Origin: a virus
Taxonomy: Duplodnaviria; Caudoviricetes
DNA length: 58,166 nt
Virus record (IMG/VR): IMGVR_UViG_3300036944_001184
Coordinates: 1 to 58,166 of that record
Strand: one strand, 5' to 3'
The position numbers and the translations under genes were made by a program. The notes beneath the pieces were generated by a model, which saw nothing but the letters and a program-made list of their open reading frames with translations, did not search any database and was not told where the DNA came from. This document shows positions 17,227-27,186 of the stretch, piece after piece (position 1 is the stretch's first letter; each line of letters starts with the position of its first letter).

Positions 17227-18120
17227 ATGTTCGAAATCGTAACCGCGCCAGCCGTCGCTCAGGGCACCCCGTCAGACCAGACCTTCACCCTGCCCGAGTT
17301 CCCCGCCCACCGCTTCACCGAATCAGGAATCCCGATTCGGGTTTCAGTTCCCAAGCGCGGTCGCCAAGTGCCCCTCGGCGAAGAGAAGCCCATCCGCGTC
17401 GAAGGCGACAAGGAGTGGTATCGCCTGTCCCACATCAGCGGAGCGAACCGGGTGGTCTCCCGTCAGTCGATTCGCGGAAGGCTGTTCGGGTTCGGCAACG
17501 ACTCCGAGTTCCTGTACGAGATCGCCGAGTTCCCCAACAACCTCTTCGACATCGGGGGCAGCGCCTATCGCCGCAGCAACAGGAAGCCGGTCTCCTTCAT
17601 CGAAACCCACCTCATGGGCGAGAAGCGATATCGCCTGTGGGACGCAAAGCGCGGCAGGTACCGCGGCATCTCCAACGTCACCCTCGCCCGCTACCTCAAG
17701 GGCAAGTGCGCTTTGGACCACGCCTACCTTCCGGAGGACTACAAGGCTGTTGACCAGTTTCCGGGATACGGGTTTCATCCTTCTGGCGACTCCGTGGTGC
17801 GCTACTTCTCCTTCTCCCAAAATATCTCCGCCCCTCGCGAGCTGAAGTTCAGCAACGACTGGAGCGTGGTCATCACCGACATCGACGGACACAAGCACCG
17901 CCTCAACAAGCGCCAGATTGCCGAGCTTGCAGGCAACGAGAACAGCGACTACGCCCCGGAACCCGAGCCCATCTCCGTCTGCCCTGCCGTGTTCACCCGC
18001 TCCACCGACCCACGAGACCTCCTCCTGCCCCAGCATGTCGCCCAGTATGACGCCGAGCAGGCCCGCAAAGCAGATCAAAATTCCAGTGTCTCCCCAGTAT
18101 GGCCTCCACACCTTCGCTGA
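17227..18120 (+). CDS. Protein with three ~75-aa repeats resembling NUMOD4-type DNA-binding units
   Basis: LPEFPAHRF..SG, IAEFPNNLF..GG, VDQFPGYGF..SG repeats; no HNH catalytic motif seen. Confidence 0.55.
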   Translation: MFEIVTAPAVAQGTPSDQTFTLPEFPAHRFTESGIPIRVSVPKRGRQVPLGEEKPIRVEGDKEWYRLSHISGANRVVSRQSIRGRLFGFGNDSEFLYEIAEFPNNLFDIGGSAYRRSNRKPVSFIETHLMGEKRYRLWDAKRGRYRGISNVTLARYLKGKCALDHAYLPEDYKAVDQFPGYGFHPSGDSVVRYFSFSQNISAPRELKFSNDWSVVITDIDGHKHRLNKRQIAELAGNENSDYAPEPEPISVCPAVFTRSTDPRDLLLPQHVAQYDAEQARKADQNSSVSPVWPPHLR

Positions 18121-18209
18121 CCCCGTTCTGGCGCAGTTTGTCGAAATCCTCCGGCAAACGCGCTACAGACCCCTTCTAGGCCCAGCAAACGGCATCCCAG
18201 CAACTTACC

Positions 18210-18443
18210 ATGAACCCCGAATCACTTACCCCTAACCCCCTACCCGATCCCGAGCATCCGATCGACAAGATCTTCCGAGAGACCGCGGAGGCATTCCAAG
18301 CCGCCTACGACAAAGCCTACGAAACAGACTGCCGCAAGATTTACGCCATGCTCGACGCTGAGTGCGAAGAGCTGCCCATCCCCACCCTGTACACCGGGAA
18401 AGTCGCTTGGATCAACCCGATACCCTTTATCCCCGAACCATGA
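18210..18443 (+). CDS. Hypothetical protein
   Basis: 77-aa ORF coupled to the next gene. Confidence 0.55.
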   Translation: MNPESLTPNPLPDPEHPIDKIFRETAEAFQAAYDKAYETDCRKIYAMLDAECEELPIPTLYTGKVAWINPIPFIPEP

Positions 18444-18577
18444 ACCACTTCCAATGGTACCGCCGCTGGCGTGGTGGCAAGTGGGCTCAAGTCACCGGCC
18501 TGATGTGGGGCAGGAACTGGGTCCGAGTCCCCGCCACGAATCAGGAGCCAGTCGATGAGGAGTATCCTGAAAAATGA
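18440..18577 (+). CDS. Small Trp-rich protein (MNHFQWYRRWRGGKW...)
   Basis: ATGA-coupled. Confidence 0.55.
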   Translation: MNHFQWYRRWRGGKWAQVTGLMWGRNWVRVPATNQEPVDEEYPEK

Positions 18578-18635
18578 TTCCTGATTCGTGATTCAGGCTT
18601 GCATTGAAGCGGCTTACCCCCCGATACTTCGCCCG

Positions 18636-20861
18636 ATGTCAATGACCGGCTTGAACGAACTCGAACTCCTGAACCTCGACGAGAAGGGCAAACCCCCTGT
18701 CGAGTCTCGCCTCAAGGATGCCGCGTCAGCCGTCGCCATCTACGGGGTCCTCAAGAAAGCCGACGAGAAGTCATCCATCAACCGGGCTCGCGTCCAAGCC
18801 GTCTTCGACGGAGCCCCGCCTTACGACCCCGGTCTTCTGCGCTCCACCGGCCAAGGGCAGCGCACCAACCTGAACTTCGGCGAGGCAGGTCGCTACCTCG
18901 ATGTTGCCGTCTCCGGCTACGTGGACCTGATCAACGCGGTCCAGACCCTCGTCAACGTGACGAGCACGGTCGGCGAGGAAGCCGACAAGATGCACGACGA
19001 GACCGTGATCGCCGAGGAGCTTACCCGCTCGCTGCGCGACTGGCCTGAGTTCCACACCAGCTACCTTCGCCTCGTCAACGAGTTCATCATGCACGGGGTA
19101 GGCATCACCTACTTCGAGAACACGCAGGACTGGCGCTTCCGCGTCTGCGGTTTCGGCGACTGCCTCATCCCCCGCCAAACCGTCGCCAGCGAAGCTAGCG
19201 TTGAAGTCGCCGTCTTCCGGCGCAACTACATGCTCCACGAGCTGTACGCCTTCATCTCCGACGCGGAGAAGGCTACCACCCTTGGCTGGAACGTCGCCGA
19301 GGTCAAGCGCGCCATGCTCACCGCCTCGACAGGCAGTACGGTAGGCGACTCGTTCGGCGAGTGGGAACGCCTCGAATCCCAGCTCAAGAACAACGACCTC
19401 TACAACGGAATCCAGTACACCTCGGTTCCGATCCTCCACGTCCTCGTCCGCGAGTTCAAGGGCACGGTCAGCCACTTCATCGTCACCGAAGTCTCGCCCA
19501 AGGACTTCATGTTCAAGGCAGTTGAACGCTTCGAAAGTCCGGAGCAAGCCTTCGTTTTCTTCACCAACGGGGTAGGCACCAACGGCACCTACCACAGCGT
19601 TCGCGGACTGGGCCAGAAGATTTTCCCGCACGTCCAAGTCAGCAATCGCCTCCGCAGCCAAGCCGTGGACGGGGCGATGCTCGCCTCCTCGGTGATGATC
19701 CAGCCCGACAGCCAGCGCGCTCTCGACGAGCTGAGCCTCACCTACTACGGCCCCTATACGGTCCTCTCGCCGAACATCCAGCTGGTCGAGAAGGCGATGC
19801 CGAACATCAGCCAAGCCGTCATCCCCGTCATCAACGATGTGGCGGAGCAGATGTCCCAAAACTTGGACTTCTTCACGACCCGCGGCGCTGCAACCGGTTC
19901 CCCTTACCGCAGCAAGCTACAGGTCGAAGCCGAGCTGGAAGCTGCCACCCGTCTAACAGCCAGCAACCTGAACCTTTTCTATTCGAGCTGGAGACGCCTC
20001 CTTCGCGAGATCGTCAAGCGTCTGGTCAACGGACCCAAGAGCGATGCCGCCGTGCGCGACTTCTTCGCCCGCTGCGAGACCCGCGGGGTCCCAGAGGGAG
20101 TCATCAAGGCCCTCGACTTTGCATCTACCACCGCAGTTAAGGCAATCGGTTCTGGTAACGCCTCTGCGCGCTCAGCTGCCCTCAATGACCTTGAGCAGCT
20201 GATGCCACTTTTCGACGAGACTGGACGGAAAAACCTTGTATTCGACAGGGTTGCGGCCCGCGTAGGTTACGACAGCGCCGCCCGCTACGCGAGCCCGGCA
20301 GACGTCGCCCGCCCCAACAGCGAGGTCAAGACCGCCGAGCTGGAGAACGCCATCATGGAGATGGGCCGGGCGATTACCGTCCAGCCTACCGAGATGCACG
20401 AAACCCACCTTCAGGTCCAGCTCCCACTGCTCCAGCAGATCATGGCTGCCATCGAAGCCGGGCAGGCAGACCCGATGCAGGTGCTTCCCGTCATGCAGCT
20501 CCTCACCGACCACTGCGGAGCGCACACCGAGTTTCTTTCCTCCGACCCGTCCGCCCAGTCCTTCGCCGCCGGAGCCCGCGAGGTCATGGCGAACGCGGGC
20601 ATGGTCCTCAACAACCTCCTCCGCCAGCAACAGAAGGAACAGCGCGAAGCCCCAGTGGCAGAAGGCGCGGCCCCCACACAGGAAGACCCGAAGATCCAGC
20701 AGCAGCTCCTCAAGAATCAGGAACTTCAACTCCGCATGCAGCTGCTCCAGCAGCAGGCCGAGTCCAAGGAACGCCGCGAGGAAATGAAGTTCCAGCAGGC
20801 TCTCGCCCTCAAGGATGCCACTGCCGCAGCCGCGATGCAGAGCGGAAATTCTTCGCTTTAA
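18636..20861 (+). CDS. Portal protein
   Basis: ~740 aa, precedes scaffold and capsid, Gln-rich helical C-terminus typical of podoviral portals; promoter-like TTGCAT-18-GATACT upstream. Confidence 0.75.
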   Translation: MSMTGLNELELLNLDEKGKPPVESRLKDAASAVAIYGVLKKADEKSSINRARVQAVFDGAPPYDPGLLRSTGQGQRTNLNFGEAGRYLDVAVSGYVDLINAVQTLVNVTSTVGEEADKMHDETVIAEELTRSLRDWPEFHTSYLRLVNEFIMHGVGITYFENTQDWRFRVCGFGDCLIPRQTVASEASVEVAVFRRNYMLHELYAFISDAEKATTLGWNVAEVKRAMLTASTGSTVGDSFGEWERLESQLKNNDLYNGIQYTSVPILHVLVREFKGTVSHFIVTEVSPKDFMFKAVERFESPEQAFVFFTNGVGTNGTYHSVRGLGQKIFPHVQVSNRLRSQAVDGAMLASSVMIQPDSQRALDELSLTYYGPYTVLSPNIQLVEKAMPNISQAVIPVINDVAEQMSQNLDFFTTRGAATGSPYRSKLQVEAELEAATRLTASNLNLFYSSWRRLLREIVKRLVNGPKSDAAVRDFFARCETRGVPEGVIKALDFASTTAVKAIGSGNASARSAALNDLEQLMPLFDETGRKNLVFDRVAARVGYDSAARYASPADVARPNSEVKTAELENAIMEMGRAITVQPTEMHETHLQVQLPLLQQIMAAIEAGQADPMQVLPVMQLLTDHCGAHTEFLSSDPSAQSFAAGAREVMANAGMVLNNLLRQQQKEQREAPVAEGAAPTQEDPKIQQQLLKNQELQLRMQLLQQQAESKERREEMKFQQALALKDATAAAAMQSGNSSL

Positions 20862-20899
20862 CCTTGAATCTCTATGCCCTATTCGGGTAATGTCCATTC

Positions 20900-21253
20900 A
20901 TGGCAGCTCGCAAGACGACCGCAAAGAAAGCGGAAGCCCCACCACCCCGACTCCGTCGAGCCCCCTCGACAAACCAATGGTTCGCGAATCTCGAAAACAT
21001 TGAACGCCTGCGAGGAATCCTCGAAGACCCAGTATTCATCGCCGCCGTCAACCTGTTGCTGAACGCCTCCCGCCTGAACACAGGAAACCTGTTCAAGGTC
21101 CCGGCCCTCATCCCGCTGAAAGCAGCCCAAGTCGCGGGCTACAACGATTTCTACAACGATCTGGTCAGCCTCGCCAAGGCACCCGAAACTTTCAATCCGA
21201 CGCTGCCCGACGAGTGGTCGCATATCGGATCTGAGGAAGAACACGAAGCCTAA
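20900..21253 (+). CDS. Hypothetical head-associated protein
   Basis: Between portal and scaffold; TTGAAT-18-TAATGT promoter upstream. Confidence 0.65.
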   Translation: MAARKTTAKKAEAPPPRLRRAPSTNQWFANLENIERLRGILEDPVFIAAVNLLLNASRLNTGNLFKVPALIPLKAAQVAGYNDFYNDLVSLAKAPETFNPTLPDEWSHIGSEEEHEA

Positions 21254-21258
21254 CAACT

Positions 21259-22401
21259 ATGTCTGAACAAGAATCCGGAGCCTTCGATAGCTCCTTTGAA
21301 CAAGCCCTCGCCGCTGCGTTTGGGGATATCCCCGAAGTGCAGGAGCCTGAACAGACGCAGGAGGAGGTCACCCCAGAGGTCGAAGACCTGACGGAAGACC
21401 CTGAAGTTGAGAAGGAGACCACCCCCGAAGAGGATGCGGTCACGCTCCCCATTGACGAGGATGAAACCCCACATGAAGAGGAGGAAGAGAAGGTTGATAC
21501 CAGCGGCATGACCAAGTCCGCGGGTCTCCGTTTCAAGGAACTCCGCACCGAACTGAAGGCTGAAAAGCAGGCGCGCATCGCCCTCGAACAGAAGGCTACC
21601 GCTGCGGAAGCCCGCCTCAAGGAGTTGGAAGGAACCGGCAACATCTCCGAGGAACTCAAGCAGAAGATCGCGGCGTACGAGTCCGAGCTTCAGCTGTCCC
21701 GCCTCGAATCGACTGAAGCCTACCGCACCGCGGTCACCGAACCCCTCAAGGAAGTCGCCACGATTGCTGATGCCATTGCCCTCAAGTACGAGATCAACTC
21801 GGACGAGATCCTCGACGCGCTCGCGCTGACGGACCAGACCGAGCAGGACGAAGCCTTCGAGACACTGCTTGCCGGTGTCAACGAACGCGACAAGCTCAAG
21901 ATTTACGCCCTCGCCGAGAAGCTCCCGGCGATCTTCGACCAGCGGCAAAAACTGCACGAGAACAAGGAGCAGGCTCTTGCAGAACTCGAAGCCCGCAAGG
22001 CCGAGAGCGAGCAAGAAGCTGCCGCCCAGCGCGCGGCTGCCCGCAAGGACGCCACTGACCTCGTTGCCCGCCGTGTCGAAGCCAAGTTGCCGTTCCTCAA
22101 GACGATCGCTGGCGTGGACCTTGACGCGATCAAATCCCAGATCATCGAGACCGACCTTGAGTCCCTCGACGTCGCCAACAAGACCTACAATGCTTTTTCG
22201 GGCCGGGCACTGCCCAAGCTCGCCGCGGCGTACAAGGCTGCCCTCGACGAGATCGAGCAGCTGACCAACGACCTCGACGGCTATAAGAAGTCCACTCCCG
22301 GAGTAAATGCACGAGGCAACCAGCAGTCCGCTACACCTTCTGCGGAACCCGGAGTTGCCTTTGCCGAAGCCGTTGAACGAGCCTTCGCCGGAATCAGGTA
22401 A
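21259..22401 (+). CDS. Capsid scaffolding protein
   Basis: Acidic N-terminus, long coiled coil, position before the capsid gene. Confidence 0.75.
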   Translation: MSEQESGAFDSSFEQALAAAFGDIPEVQEPEQTQEEVTPEVEDLTEDPEVEKETTPEEDAVTLPIDEDETPHEEEEEKVDTSGMTKSAGLRFKELRTELKAEKQARIALEQKATAAEARLKELEGTGNISEELKQKIAAYESELQLSRLESTEAYRTAVTEPLKEVATIADAIALKYEINSDEILDALALTDQTEQDEAFETLLAGVNERDKLKIYALAEKLPAIFDQRQKLHENKEQALAELEARKAESEQEAAAQRAAARKDATDLVARRVEAKLPFLKTIAGVDLDAIKSQIIETDLESLDVANKTYNAFSGRALPKLAAAYKAALDEIEQLTNDLDGYKKSTPGVNARGNQQSATPSAEPGVAFAEAVERAFAGIR

Positions 22402-22419
22402 CACGAACCACTATCCTCT

Positions 22420-22452
22420 AACCCTGACTCGCTTATCGCGGGTCAGGGTTTC
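22420..22452 (+). terminator. Hairpin/terminator between scaffold and HNH genes
   Basis: AACCCTGACTCGC-TTAT-CGCGGGTCAGGGTT. Confidence 0.5.
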
Positions 22453-22457
22453 CTTGT

Positions 22458-23306
22458 ATGAAAGCCCCGATCGAAGAACGCATCGCTGCACACCCTTTCT
22501 GGACTGGCGAAGTGCTGACAGAAGAACAGTGGAAAGCCCTACTCGAATGGCGGAAGTCGAATCCTGATCTAGTGTTCCGCCATACAGATGAAGTTGCTGA
22601 GGGCCGGTTCTTCAGGAACTATCATCCCCGCTCCCGTAATGGAATCAACGCGGGCACTAAGGAGAGCATGGAGAAAGCCAAGGAGCACAAGAAAAAAGAC
22701 TACCGCGAGAACAAGGAGCGCCACAACAAGAAAAGCCGAGAGTTCCGGGAGAAGAACCCCGGCTACGCCAGCGCGTACATGAAGAAGTGGTTGACCGAAA
22801 ATCATGAGCGACATCGGGCATCAGCTATCGCGTACCGAGAAGCAAACCGCAGTCTATGTGCTGATAGGGCTCGGGACTACTACGCGAGGAACCGGAACAA
22901 GGTAATCGCTCAAAAGACAGCATACACGCGCGAACGGATGGCCCGCGATGAACAGTTTTACTTACAGAAGAAAATGTCCGCCCGCCTCAGAATGGCTCTG
23001 CTCAACGGGCAACACAAGAAGAGCACTCGAATTGATGCCGAATCGGTAGAGTTCCTGCTGTGGCAAGCAAAGAAGCTGGGGGTAGACGTGCGGGATTATC
23101 ATGTGGACCACTTGTTTCCGATCTCTTCTTTTGATTTGTCAGATCCAAAGCACCAGCGGGTAGTGAACCTACCTTGCAATGTGTGGCTCATGTCAGAGGC
23201 GGGTAACTTGAAAAAGAGCGATCGGTTCCCTACTGAAGAAGAGATCGCAGCGCACGGAGACCTACTTGAGGAGTGGACTCGAACGAGAAGCGAAGTTTCT
23301 GCTTGA
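22458..23306 (+). CDS. Free-standing HNH homing endonuclease
   Basis: Basic helical repeats then YHVDHLFPIS...N...NLKKSD; inserted between scaffold and capsid. Confidence 0.8.
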   Translation: MKAPIEERIAAHPFWTGEVLTEEQWKALLEWRKSNPDLVFRHTDEVAEGRFFRNYHPRSRNGINAGTKESMEKAKEHKKKDYRENKERHNKKSREFREKNPGYASAYMKKWLTENHERHRASAIAYREANRSLCADRARDYYARNRNKVIAQKTAYTRERMARDEQFYLQKKMSARLRMALLNGQHKKSTRIDAESVEFLLWQAKKLGVDVRDYHVDHLFPISSFDLSDPKHQRVVNLPCNVWLMSEAGNLKKSDRFPTEEEIAAHGDLLEEWTRTRSEVSA

Positions 23307-23332
23307 ATGTTTTATCTCTAATCGGCTATTCT
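23303..23332 (+). promoter_or_regulatory. sigma70-like promoter for the capsid gene with ~170-nt leader
   Basis: TTGAAT-18 nt-TATTCT. Confidence 0.5.
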
Positions 23333-23508
23333 TCTCGCAGCTGAACGACGAAACTCCTTCGCTGGGTAGGTAACCCTTCTATAAGTAGTCCTAAGCAGAA
23401 TCGGAGATAGGCACTTGTGCCGCTGTTACCTTTGACTCCAGTAACGACCAACCGTGTAACAGCGAGTGCTGTTACGATTCTGTTTAATCCCTCTACTTAC
23501 CTACTCCC

Positions 23509-24843
23509 ATGGCTGGATCATTCCCACCCGCTTCTAGTTCTACTGCCGCGATCAACGAGTTGCTTTCCCAAGAAAGCAATCGAATCGGCTCCGATATTCA
23601 CCGCCAGACCCTCGGCATGTCGCCTTGGATGGACCTTATCCGTAAAAGCGAATTTGCTGACGGTCTCGGTTATCAGCGCAACGTGCTGATTTATGACCGC
23701 GCACTTCCGCTCAACGATGGCTCAAATACAGGCACCTTCGATGTGATTGGCCTTAACTGGGCTAACCTTGCTTCGTCCGCCCTTACCTCGGATAACTCGG
23801 CTCTCAATAGCGCCGCGCTTATCGCCGGTTCTTCGATCGACAACGTCGGTCCTTACAACAAGACCGCCCGCATCGACTTCACCCGCAAGCTGAAGAGCTT
23901 CAACCTTCAGCGCGCCACGGTCCAGTCCCCACGCATCAACGTGGAAGACCTCCGCTTCGCCGCCTATCGCCAAGAGCAGCTCGGTGCCATCATGGACATC
24001 CTCAAGGATTCCACGCAGCGCAGCTGGATCGAACGCTACCGCGACGAGTACGAGCGCGTTGCCGCGAACTTCGTTCCCTGCCTTAGCGCCGCTACTCCGA
24101 TCCTCACCACGGTCAACACCGATGGCGACTCGACTGCGGACGACCTCTTCGAAGGTGCTCAGGTCACTGACGTCAAGATCACCACTTCCGGTGCCTCCAA
24201 CGCGGACGTTACCCCGACTGCCAACATCTCCAACAAGGTGCTGGACAAAATCTACTACGCCCTCGTTCGTCAGGGTGGTGGTGCCAAGGCTTACGGTCGT
24301 GAGAACGCCCGCCCGGTCTTTGGTCTGATCCTCAGCTCGGAAGCCAGCTACGCGCTGATGACCGAAGCAGGATTCAGGGATGACGTTCGCTACAACGCGG
24401 CCAAGGTTTCTGACCTGCTCGCCCCGCTTGGAGTTGAGAAGTCCTTCCGTGGCTACTACCACTTGGTCGATGACCTCTGCCCGCGCTACACCATCTCTGG
24501 TGCCACGATCACCCGCGTTCGCCCGGAGGTCTACTCCAGCGGCGTGCTGATCATGAACTCCTCGTACGACACGGCTGACTACGAAGCCGCCTACGTCCTC
24601 CACGAGGAAGTCATGGAATCCCAGATTCCTAACCCGATCACCAGCGGCGGTTCCGGCATCACGTTCAACCCGACCGACTACAAGGGCAAGTTCAGCTGGC
24701 TGAACATCGTCAATGAGACGACCAACCCGGACGGCGTCATCGGCTTCTTCCGCGGCGTCCTCGCCTCGGCCACCAAGCCAATCAAGACGAACTTCGGTTA
24801 CGTCATCCTGTTCAAGCGCACCAGCACCACCCCTGCTGCCTAA
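23509..24843 (+). CDS. Major capsid protein
   Basis: 444 aa, follows scaffold/HNH, strongly biased codons, followed by a terminator; position-based call. Confidence 0.75.
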   Translation: MAGSFPPASSSTAAINELLSQESNRIGSDIHRQTLGMSPWMDLIRKSEFADGLGYQRNVLIYDRALPLNDGSNTGTFDVIGLNWANLASSALTSDNSALNSAALIAGSSIDNVGPYNKTARIDFTRKLKSFNLQRATVQSPRINVEDLRFAAYRQEQLGAIMDILKDSTQRSWIERYRDEYERVAANFVPCLSAATPILTTVNTDGDSTADDLFEGAQVTDVKITTSGASNADVTPTANISNKVLDKIYYALVRQGGGAKAYGRENARPVFGLILSSEASYALMTEAGFRDDVRYNAAKVSDLLAPLGVEKSFRGYYHLVDDLCPRYTISGATITRVRPEVYSSGVLIMNSSYDTADYEAAYVLHEEVMESQIPNPITSGGSGITFNPTDYKGKFSWLNIVNETTNPDGVIGFFRGVLASATKPIKTNFGYVILFKRTSTTPAA

Positions 24844-24849
24844 TCCCCC

Positions 24850-24893
24850 GAGCCCGGTTCGCCCTAAACCAGCGGGCCGGGCTCTTCCCCTTT
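24850..24893 (+). terminator. Intrinsic terminator after the capsid gene
   Basis: GAGCCCGGTTCGC...GCGGGCCGGGCTC followed by a pyrimidine run. Confidence 0.6.
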
Positions 24894-24900
24894 CCCTACC

Positions 24901-25329
24901 ATGCCCACTCTCGACGACGCGCCTATCGTGCGCACCCTCACCTCGCCAGCTGCCGGAGACCTGTTTCAGGTATACGACATCTCGGAACAGCCTACCGGTG
25001 CAAAGGTCCTGCCTTTCAGCTCCATCCTCGGCCTCGGGCTCCTCGCCACCGAAGTTGATGACGCTGTCGCCAACGCGGACACCATCGCCACCAAGATGTC
25101 GGTGGTCACGGGCACCACTCCTACGGTCACGCTCCCTGCGGTCGCTGGTGCTCTCCGTGAAGTGATTGTCCTCAACACCGCATCAGGAAACCTGACTCTG
25201 GATACCCCGGGTTCTGAAAAGATCCTGACCGGTACCGCCGAAGCGGACACCCTCGTAGTCGCCACCGGCAAGTCCGCTTGGCTTCTGTCGAACGGTACCC
25301 GTTGGTACCACGTCTCCAACGACGCCTAA
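24901..25329 (+). CDS. Virion structural protein (head decoration/fibre-like)
   Basis: TVTLPAVAG...SNGTRWY motif, similar to the fibre domain in 27502-30126. Confidence 0.6.
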   Translation: MPTLDDAPIVRTLTSPAAGDLFQVYDISEQPTGAKVLPFSSILGLGLLATEVDDAVANADTIATKMSVVTGTTPTVTLPAVAGALREVIVLNTASGNLTLDTPGSEKILTGTAEADTLVVATGKSAWLLSNGTRWYHVSNDA

Positions 25330-25336
25330 CAACCTA

Positions 25337-25378
25337 CCGAGCCCGGGACGCTGCTACCTTACCCGGGCTCGGTTTCTT
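25337..25378 (+). terminator. Intrinsic terminator
   Basis: CCGAGCCCGGG...CCCGGGCTCGG-TTTCTT. Confidence 0.7.
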
Positions 25379-25422
25379 AAAGGCCCCGCGGAGCCTTCAC
25401 AAGAATCCGCGACCACTTTCCC

Positions 25423-25650
25423 ATGGACCTCGCCTTCCCTATCCCCGCCGGTATTGAACTGCCAGAACTCGCCGAGGGCGAGACCATCGACTTCATGACC
25501 ACCTACACGGTGTCTGAAGGTATGCTGGTGCCGCTCTCTATCGAGGGCGAGCCAATCGCCGAAGCCGAAGAAGAGTCAGAATCCGAAGAGCCTGAAGAAG
25601 GCGAAAGCTTCGGAGCTGCGATCGAGAAGCGCATGGGAGGCATGTCGTGA
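25423..25650 (+). CDS. Small acidic hypothetical protein
   Basis: 75 aa, Glu-rich; C-terminal FGAAIEKRM resembles the scaffold ends. Confidence 0.65.
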   Translation: MDLAFPIPAGIELPELAEGETIDFMTTYTVSEGMLVPLSIEGEPIAEAEEESESEEPEEGESFGAAIEKRMGGMS

Positions 25651-25784
25651 GACTACTCGCCTGCCTCGCTATCACCCTGATACTCGCCTCCTGTGGCGCG
25701 ACCATCGGGTTTGAAGGACCCTACACGGGTCTCCACTACGACGTCACCATCTCTGCACCGAAAGCGGTGCTCTTGGAAAAATGA
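25647..25784 (+). CDS. Small lipoprotein (candidate spanin component)
   Basis: MRLLACLAITLILASC lipobox, 45 aa, coupled on both sides, in the lysis cluster; below the ORF-track cutoff. Confidence 0.65.
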   Translation: MRLLACLAITLILASCGATIGFEGPYTGLHYDVTISAPKAVLLEK

Positions 25785-26122
25785 ATGACTGGCTCATCAA
25801 GTCGATCGGATCTTTCGTACTAGCTGGGGCGTTCTACGCCTCGTCCGCTTTCACGAATCTGGCATCAGAAATCACGACTGGTGAACCACACTCACTTATC
25901 ACGAATGGCGGACAACTTACCGTCGTCGGGATTCTCGCCTTCGCAGTGGTGACATTGTGGAAGGGCGTTCAAGACCTCCAAAGGGAAGTGCGCACCTCGC
26001 TCCAGAGTCAGATCATCAATCAGCAGGGCGAGCTTCAGAAGTCCCACGAAAGCCGCGAGGCGTACACAGAGGCTCTCAATAACCTCATCGCCGAGATCCG
26101 TGCTGGTAGAACCGACAAGTAA
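25781..26122 (+). CDS. Membrane protein, candidate holin/spanin
   Basis: Two hydrophobic segments plus a coiled coil, upstream of the endolysin. Confidence 0.55.
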   Translation: MNDWLIKSIGSFVLAGAFYASSAFTNLASEITTGEPHSLITNGGQLTVVGILAFAVVTLWKGVQDLQREVRTSLQSQIINQQGELQKSHESREAYTEALNNLIAEIRAGRTDK

Positions 26123-26591
26123 GCTACGCTATCGGGAACTCCCCGCCAAGTTTGGCAGCAAGTATCGCTTCGAACTGATCGAAGATTTTTCTGTTCGCGT
26201 TGACCGCAAGCTCGGTACGCATTCCTTCCGCGACAAACGTGGCGCTGAGTGGCTGAGCTTCGACGGCGACACGATCACCGTTCGCCGGTTCTACAACTGG
26301 AATGGCTCCTCGCCAAAGATCGCGGTTGCGGGCAAGTGGATCGGCACGCCCGACACTGTCTCGAACCTCGCGGGTTCTGTCGTTCATGACGCCCTCTACC
26401 AGTACCTCGACGCCCACTGCTTCCCGCTGGATCAGGCGGATGCCAACACTATTTTCTACGAGCTGATGAAGCGCGAAGGTTTCGCCTTGTCGGGCGTCTA
26501 CTTGGGTGCAGTCGCCACTCTCGGCTACCCGTGGAAGTTCTTCGGAGACTTCTTCAAGAAGCCCCCGGAGTGCCACTATCACGGGGATTGA
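26100..26591 (+). CDS. DUF1353-like protein
   Basis: YNWNGSSP...SVVHDALYQ...ANTIFYELM motif. Confidence 0.65.
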   Translation: MLVEPTSKLRYRELPAKFGSKYRFELIEDFSVRVDRKLGTHSFRDKRGAEWLSFDGDTITVRRFYNWNGSSPKIAVAGKWIGTPDTVSNLAGSVVHDALYQYLDAHCFPLDQADANTIFYELMKREGFALSGVYLGAVATLGYPWKFFGDFFKKPPECHYHGD

Positions 26592-26628
26592 GGTTGTATT
26601 GCTGTGCCCTTTCAGGTATCATTTGCCC

Positions 26629-27186
26629 ATGAAAGTCGCAATTTGCGTAGGCCATAGCCGAGATGGAGATGACGGAGCAGAATCCGTATCAGGAATCACG
26701 GAATGGGCATACAATGACACGCTGGCTGGCTTCCTGAAGGAGGCTCTTCGCCTGCGCGGAATCGAGTCTGAGATCATCGACCACTACAAGGGCGGTGGAT
26801 ACTCTGCCGCGATGCGTGATGCCGCGGCTCAGGTTGCCGACTACGGCGCTGATCTCGCCCTTGAGCTTCACTTCAACAGCGCGGACTCCAGCGCCAACGG
26901 CTTCGAGTATCTTTTCTGGCACAGCTCCAACAAGGGCGCTCGCCTCGCCGCCAGTCTGATCTCCACGCACACCAAGAGCTTCTCTGGTTTCAAGAACCGC
27001 GGACCCAAGCCGATCGACGCCAACGATCGCGGCGGCAGCTTCCTCCGCCTTACGCACTGCCCGGCTGTGATCTGCGAACCTTTCTTCGGTTCCAACGAAC
27101 GCGAGTGGGACTTCTACTCCGTCAACTACTCCAAGCTCGCCGAGGCTTACGCCGACGCGATTGTTCTCTACAAAGATGGCCACTGA
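26629..27186 (+). CDS. N-acetylmuramoyl-L-alanine amidase (Amidase_3) endolysin
   Basis: VAICVGHS, E, LELHFNS, PAVICEPFFGSN motifs; TTGTAT-17-TATCAT promoter 6 nt upstream. Confidence 0.9.
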   Translation: MKVAICVGHSRDGDDGAESVSGITEWAYNDTLAGFLKEALRLRGIESEIIDHYKGGGYSAAMRDAAAQVADYGADLALELHFNSADSSANGFEYLFWHSSNKGARLAASLISTHTKSFSGFKNRGPKPIDANDRGGSFLRLTHCPAVICEPFFGSNEREWDFYSVNYSKLAEAYADAIVLYKDGH

